Shown: in pieces, positions 27,241 through 32,000 of the stretch
How the letters are laid out: each line of letters opens with the position of its first letter
Numbering within the stretch: position 1 is the stretch's first letter
NCBI GenBank assembly: GCA_008080745.1
Contig: SHMX01000005.1
Span: forward strand, 150,001-182,000
DNA: 32,000 bases
DNA from: Candidatus Thorarchaeota archaeon
GTDB lineage: Archaea > Asgardarchaeota > Thorarchaeia > Thorarchaeales > Thorarchaeaceae
Direction: 5' to 3'
Notes under the pieces: generated by a model
What the model was told of the DNA's origin: nothing
Databases searched by the model: none
The model's input: the letters and a program-made list of their open reading frames with translations, nothing else
Translations under genes and position numbers: made by a program

Positions 27241-28050
27241 TCAAATCGAATTGAGATATTTTCGTAGAAGTGAAATTGCCAAAACCATATGGTCTGTCGC
27301 ATCAATATCTTCAGCTATTGGGAGACCGTTATTCTCTACAATGCTTGAAAGTGTATCATCATCAATCGAAGGGAAGAATAGGTATGAATGTTCTTTTCCT
27401 CTTATTGCAACCTCCGTAGACGAAACGTTAACCGGAGCGTACATAACACAGGATGTATCGTGATTACCTCCCCATACTATTCCCAGCATGCGAAAGTCCT
27501 CTTTTGAATAGTCCTCTCCTTCTGTTAATGATGTTTCTTCAGCAATCTCTCTAGCCGAGGTTTCAAACAGACATTCAGGAACGGCTTTCCACTGATTGTG
27601 TTGATTTTCAACAGCAACTAATTTTGGATCGACAAAACCTCCTCCCACCGTGTGTAACATACCTCCTTGATCTGAACCTTTTCTGACTCCCAGCACAATT
27701 TTTTGATCCGTTGTCACTATCAATGATGTTACACTAGTAGGGTTGGGATACATGTTTGCAGCTTGGTAATGTTGCTGTCTTAGAATGAAGTGCCATTTAT
27801 AGCTACATTTACTAACCTCGATAGATACCCTTTCATCCTGTTTTACAACTCTCTCGAATCGCCACAGCGGACCATTGTAGACTCCTCCGGGTCTTTGTTT
27901 CCATTCATTCTCTACAAAATCCAACTGTTTTTGTGTTGGCGCCCATGAAGATTGGATAACTTTCACTTCCACTTGATTTCTTTTCCAAATTCCTTCAACA
28001 AGCACTTTTCGATAAGAGGACTGAGCGGGCATCGTATTGTGAAAAGTCAT
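27241..28050 (-). CDS. Nudix hydrolase with N-terminal extension (NUDT22-like architecture)
   Basis: VGGGFVDP...ETSAREIAEETSL Nudix box; upstream EW....YNGPLWR and TTDQKIVLGVR segments. Start is more plausibly ATG 28050 or 28032 than TTG 28098. Confidence 0.75.
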   Translation of the reverse strand: MTFHNTMPAQSSYRKVLVEGIWKRNQVEVKVIQSSWAPTQKQLDFVENEWKQRPGGVYNGPLWRFERVVKQDERVSIEVSKCSYKWHFILRQQHYQAANMYPNPTSVTSLIVTTDQKIVLGVRKGSDQGGMLHTVGGGFVDPKLVAVENQHNQWKAVPECLFETSAREIAEETSLTEGEDYSKEDFRMLGIVWGGNHDTSCVMYAPVNVSSTEVAIRGKEHSYLFFPSIDDDTLSSIVENNGLPIAEDIDATDHMVLAISLLRKYLNSI

Positions 28051-28136
28051 CCCCTCATATAGATTTGACGTGTGAACGTTATTTTGCGAAGATTTCAAAT
28101 CTTGGTATGCATCCTCATGGTGATGTGAATCCCACC

Positions 28137-29657
28137 ATGAAAGAACTCGTTCTTGCTATCGATGCTGGTACATCTGGAGTACGTTCAATGGTCTTTGATA
28201 TCTCTGGAAGTGTGATTGCTAAGGCATATCGTGAATTCAAGAGCCTTCACCCACACCCCTCTTGGGTTGAACAGGATGCAAGGACATGGTGGGATACTGC
28301 TTGTAAGACTATCTCCGAATGTCTGAAAACTATGTCACAGAGTGCTGAGAATATAGCGAGTATAAGCGTTACAAATCAGCGTGAAACCATTGTACCAATT
28401 GATGAAAATGGCTCTCCACTCAGAAATGCTATTGTCTGGCAGGACCGGAGAACAAGTCCACAATGTGATTGGATTAAGGAGCGTATTGGTGTTGATGATA
28501 TTTACAATGAGACTGGTCTTACTATAGACCCCTATTTCTCTGGACCCAAAATTCTATGGATTAAGGAGGAGGAACCTGACATCTTCAAAAAAACAAGCAA
28601 ATTTCTTCTGGTCCATGACTACCTTCTCTTTCGTCTTACTGGGTTAACCGTGACAGATTATTCCAATGCAAGCAGGACCATGCTGTTTGGACTTGATTCT
28701 GCAGACTGGTCAGATGCTATTCTTGATCAATTAGAGATTCCCAAAGAAAAGCTCCCCGATATAGTTCAGTCGGGATTGCAAGTTGGAGAGGTATCAACCA
28801 AGGCTGCAAAAGAAACTGGCTTACTAGCAAGCACTCCAGTTGTTGCTGGTGGTGGTGACCAACAATGTGCAGCTCTTGGAGTTGGAGTTGTAAAACCCGG
28901 CCGAATTAAATCCACAACAGGTACAGGAACTTTCATGCTTGCCTTCTCAAAGGAACCAAGATTGGATTCTAAGAGGCGGGTTCTCTGTAGCCATCATGTT
29001 GTCCCGGATTCTTTCGTCATTGAAGCTAGTATGTTCACTACAGGTTCTGCTCTCAGATGGTTCCGTGATAATCTTGCAGTGGAAGAATACAATTTCGCTG
29101 TTGAACATGACATGGACCCATATGATGTTATGACAGATGCAGCCAAGCATGTCCCTGCGGGCTCTGAAGGTGTGATGCACATTCCTCATTTTGTGGGGGC
29201 AGGTGCTCCTTATTGGAACCCTCATGCACGAGGAGTATTTGCTGGGTTGTCCCTGGGGCATGGTCGAAACCATCTCATGAGAGCAATTCTTGAGGGGGTG
29301 GGTTATGAGATTAGAACGAATCTTGATATAATGCAGGATTTGGGTATACCAACTGCGGAAATGCGTGTGACAGGTGGGGCATCCCGAAGCGACGTTTGGA
29401 TGCAGATTCAGGCTGATATTCTAAACATTCCAGTAATCACCACCGAGATGGAAGAGGCAACTGCAGTAGGTGCGGCTATACTCGCATGTAAAGGAATAGG
29501 TATATTCAAGTCTGTTGCAGAAGCAGCAGAGGAGATGATACGCATTAATCCCCCAATTAAGCCCCTCTCTGAACACAGGGAGGTATATGATCGTAGCTAC
29601 GAGCGATACCGCGAGCTTTATGCTGCGATTGCAAATATTCGATGGGCGACAAACTAA
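28137..29657 (+). CDS. FGGY-family carbohydrate kinase (xylulokinase-like)
   Basis: LAIDAGTSGVR, NAIVWQDRRT, DYSNASRT, GGGDQQCAALG, TGGASRS. Start moved to ATG 28137 (upstream GGTGA). Substrate not determinable. Confidence 0.92.
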   Translation: MKELVLAIDAGTSGVRSMVFDISGSVIAKAYREFKSLHPHPSWVEQDARTWWDTACKTISECLKTMSQSAENIASISVTNQRETIVPIDENGSPLRNAIVWQDRRTSPQCDWIKERIGVDDIYNETGLTIDPYFSGPKILWIKEEEPDIFKKTSKFLLVHDYLLFRLTGLTVTDYSNASRTMLFGLDSADWSDAILDQLEIPKEKLPDIVQSGLQVGEVSTKAAKETGLLASTPVVAGGGDQQCAALGVGVVKPGRIKSTTGTGTFMLAFSKEPRLDSKRRVLCSHHVVPDSFVIEASMFTTGSALRWFRDNLAVEEYNFAVEHDMDPYDVMTDAAKHVPAGSEGVMHIPHFVGAGAPYWNPHARGVFAGLSLGHGRNHLMRAILEGVGYEIRTNLDIMQDLGIPTAEMRVTGGASRSDVWMQIQADILNIPVITTEMEEATAVGAAILACKGIGIFKSVAEAAEEMIRINPPIKPLSEHREVYDRSYERYRELYAAIANIRWATN

Positions 29658-30937
29658 GAGTAGACAGCAAGTTTGTTTGCTTTGTCTAGAACGATAATCT
29701 TCACGTTCGGGTCTTCGGCAATCCACCCATCTATTACTTGCTGGGGGTCTTCTACTTTGATTAGATGTGCAGATTCAACAGTTTCCCTGTCCAACTCTGT
29801 AAACATTTTGATTGCTGAAAGCCGTTGGAGTAGCTCCGCAAACTTGTATGCCTTGTGTTCATAGAGATTATACTTCCCCTTTATGCTCTCGATAATCTCT
29901 CCCACCGGTACCAACATTTTCTTGTAGAAATTTTCGACAGCCTTTGGAGGTGCGACTCCATCTCTGCATTCCGCTAGGAAGAGAATCTCGCCACCGTCTG
30001 CAACTGCATTTTTTGTCAGTTCTAATCCTCTTTGGGCATGATAGAGGCTTAGGTCTTGTGGATATCCTCCCGGAGAAACTATAATTTTTGATGTGGGTTT
30101 AACGGTGAAGCTTGTCATTTCGTCTAGAACCTCAATTCCTCTACTTATGACTGGTTCCAGCTCACCCGCATCAGCCCAGACAAGCTTTCCTTGATTTGTA
30201 ATAACAGAGAGTGTGAAGGATTTTGCATCTTCTGTTATCATCTCCATAGCCTCACGCATATCATCCGCGAGTGGGTTGTTACGTCTTCCAGGAATGGGAT
30301 GATATGGATGTTGACCGAACGTGGAGTTGGGGTCTAATGCCATCGAATGATTGGCCTCAATGGTTTCATAGGCACATATACCCGGAAGGAAGTCTTTCAA
30401 TGCGTTAGAATATCCAGCAAAGTAGTGCGCCTTCATATCGGCAAGTGCAACATATACGTCGTGATTTGCAGCGTCTGCATCGATGATAACAGGAGTGCCT
30501 CTGCTTGTTGTACCTAAATTGACAACATCTTCATTCTGGCAATCGTTTATTTTAATTCGATAATTCTTCAATCCGTTATCTTCAGCAGCTTGTTTAATCA
30601 TTCCTACAATTACTTGATTCTCAGGATGGTCAACTACATGTGAGCCTGTAGTGATAATGAACTGCACAAAATTGGCATCGACAAGATAAGGCATAACTGC
30701 ATGAATGAGCTCCCAATGGGGTTCATCACGGGTGTGATCCTCCACCATGACAAGAACACTCTTTGACTTGACCAGCTCATCAAGTGCAGGGCCCTGTGGA
30801 TTTGTCATTACTCGTTGAAGCTCTTCAAGAGTGTCTGGTTTGGTCTTAACCTCCTTTGGCACAATAAGTCTAACAAAATTCTCAAGGGGGATTTCCAAAC
30901 TGATAGCTTCAGACCCGTACTTAATTCTCATTTCCAA
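29654..30937 (-). CDS. LarA-family nickel-pincer-dependent alpha-hydroxyacid racemase/epimerase homolog
   Basis: EDHTRD, TGSH, GTTSRGTP, HYFAGYS...K..LPG, EANH, SPGGYPQD..LY, AECRDG. Start TTG 30937 or ATG 30931. Confidence 0.88.
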   Translation of the reverse strand: MEMRIKYGSEAISLEIPLENFVRLIVPKEVKTKPDTLEELQRVMTNPQGPALDELVKSKSVLVMVEDHTRDEPHWELIHAVMPYLVDANFVQFIITTGSHVVDHPENQVIVGMIKQAAEDNGLKNYRIKINDCQNEDVVNLGTTSRGTPVIIDADAANHDVYVALADMKAHYFAGYSNALKDFLPGICAYETIEANHSMALDPNSTFGQHPYHPIPGRRNNPLADDMREAMEMITEDAKSFTLSVITNQGKLVWADAGELEPVISRGIEVLDEMTSFTVKPTSKIIVSPGGYPQDLSLYHAQRGLELTKNAVADGGEILFLAECRDGVAPPKAVENFYKKMLVPVGEIIESIKGKYNLYEHKAYKFAELLQRLSAIKMFTELDRETVESAHLIKVEDPQQVIDGWIAEDPNVKIIVLDKANKLAVYS

Positions 30938-31107
30938 GGCTAGACCTCATAGAACTATTGTAACACCCGAAGAAAAAGATTCGCTATGAGGCGAAATAGA
31001 TGTCATCCTTTCTTGAAACACTTCAAATGAAACCTATGACCGTAATTGAATTCATATGTTCTTCAAAAGGTTCATATTATGCATAAGTTCGTGCATGCTT
31101 GGTGGCC

Positions 31108-32000
31108 ATGCAAATCGACATCATTGAAACTGGTTTCGGACTGATTGGTGGACTCGCACTATTCATGTTTGGAATCACTATCTTACGTGAAACGTTGAGC
31201 AAATTGTCTGGTTCAACAGTTGCAAGGATACTCGAGAAAGTCAGCGATAATCCAATCAAGGGAATGGGTGCAGGCGCCGGAGCCACATTTATGACCCAGA
31301 GTTCAAGTATCACAGTCTTAACATTGATTGGATTCGTCAACGCTGGCATGATGACTTTCCGCCAGTCAGTCAATGTCATGCTGGGATCAGAGATTGGTAC
31401 CACCATCACTGCTCAGCTTGTTGCATTTGAGGTTGGCGCGATGTACTGGCCGCTTATTGCAATTGGTTTCATCGCATCGGTGAATCCAAAGAGCGAACGT
31501 CTTCGACATCTGGGTAAGACCATATTCAGTCTAGGTCTAATTTTTCTCGCGATGGAATTCATGAAAAATGCTGCACGTCCTCTAGCCAGTAGTCCATTAT
31601 TTGTTGATCTGATTAATGGCTATGGTCAGTTTCCTTTTACTGGTGTATTGATTGGAGCACTCATCGCCGCTGTCACATCTAGTAGTTCTGCGACCACAAG
31701 TTTAGTGATAGCTCTTGGTATGGGTGATGTAATTGGATTAGAGGCTGGAATAGCTCTTATTATGGGTGCAAATATTGGTACATGTGTTTTGGAGCTATTT
31801 GCCGGTGTGGGTGCGACTACTCCTGCCAAGCGGACTGCACTGGCTCAAACGATGATCAATTTGGTCGGAGTTGGTCTATTTCTTCCATTTCTATTTCCTT
31901 TTGCTAATATAGTTCGGAGTACTGCATTAGACTTGCCTCGTCAGATTGCAAACGCACATACCATATTCAATGTCCTTGTTAGTCTGATTTTCATTCCCCT
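31108..32000 (+). CDS. Na/Pi cotransporter family (SLC34/NptA/YjbB-like), runs off the window end
   Basis: Hand translation: MQIDIIETGFGLIGGLALFMFG...TQSSSIT...GSEIGTTIT...VTSSSSAT...GANIGT...QIANAHTIFN. Absent from the ORF track because it is truncated. Confidence 0.92.
   Translation, partial: MQIDIIETGFGLIGGLALFMFGITILRETLSKLSGSTVARILEKVSDNPIKGMGAGAGATFMTQSSSITVLTLIGFVNAGMMTFRQSVNVMLGSEIGTTITAQLVAFEVGAMYWPLIAIGFIASVNPKSERLRHLGKTIFSLGLIFLAMEFMKNAARPLASSPLFVDLINGYGQFPFTGVLIGALIAAVTSSSSATTSLVIALGMGDVIGLEAGIALIMGANIGTCVLELFAGVGATTPAKRTALAQTMINLVGVGLFLPFLFPFANIVRSTALDLPRQIANAHTIFNVLVSLIFIP

Noticed and set aside
31077-31829. - strand ORFs of 110 aa and 67 aa
   Set aside because: Antisense to the Na/Pi cotransporter, which has clear family motifs.
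1-32000. tRNA, rRNA, CRISPR arrays, transposases
   Set aside because: The window is almost fully protein-coding, and no intergenic gap shows a cloverleaf/T-arm motif, regularly spaced repeats or terminal inverted repeats by eye.

Overview
Gene-dense archaeal chromosomal window. It is most likely from an Asgard archaeon (Thorarchaeota-like). That is an inference from GGTGA/GAGGTG Shine-Dalgarno motifs, Ig-like-repeat surface proteins and gene content, not a database result. Left to right: (i) glycan-tailoring genes (nucleotide-sugar dehydrogenase truncated by the window, SAM methyltransferase, PIG-L deacetylase, long hexapeptide acyltransferase, NDP-sugar epimerase) mixed with a Cys-rich 4Fe-4S protein and a UPF0182 membrane protein; (ii) a self-contained six-gene complex I/Mrp-like membrane arm (split J, K, L, M, N/MrpD-like) with no redox subunits in the window; (iii) a PAPS-forming cluster (TauE/SafE, sat, NPP/alkaline-phosphatase-family enzyme, cysC, RHH regulator, then an IMPase/CysQ-like gene) with no APS/PAPS reductase or canonical sulfotransferase; (iv) an orphan polytopic membrane protein and a large surface protein with GATase/GIFT-like and Ig-like domains; (v) GIY-YIG nuclease, an 889-aa 2TM orphan with a Nudix gene, an FGGY kinase, a LarA-family protein and a Na/Pi cotransporter truncated by the window. 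I found no tRNA, rRNA, CRISPR array or mobile element. Several transcription units end in hairpin plus pyrimidine-tract elements. The best candidates for an undescribed system are the PAPS/NPP/RHH-LGY module, the mosaic stand-alone antiporter arm and the Nudix/2TM orphan pair. All family calls come from motif recognition by eye.
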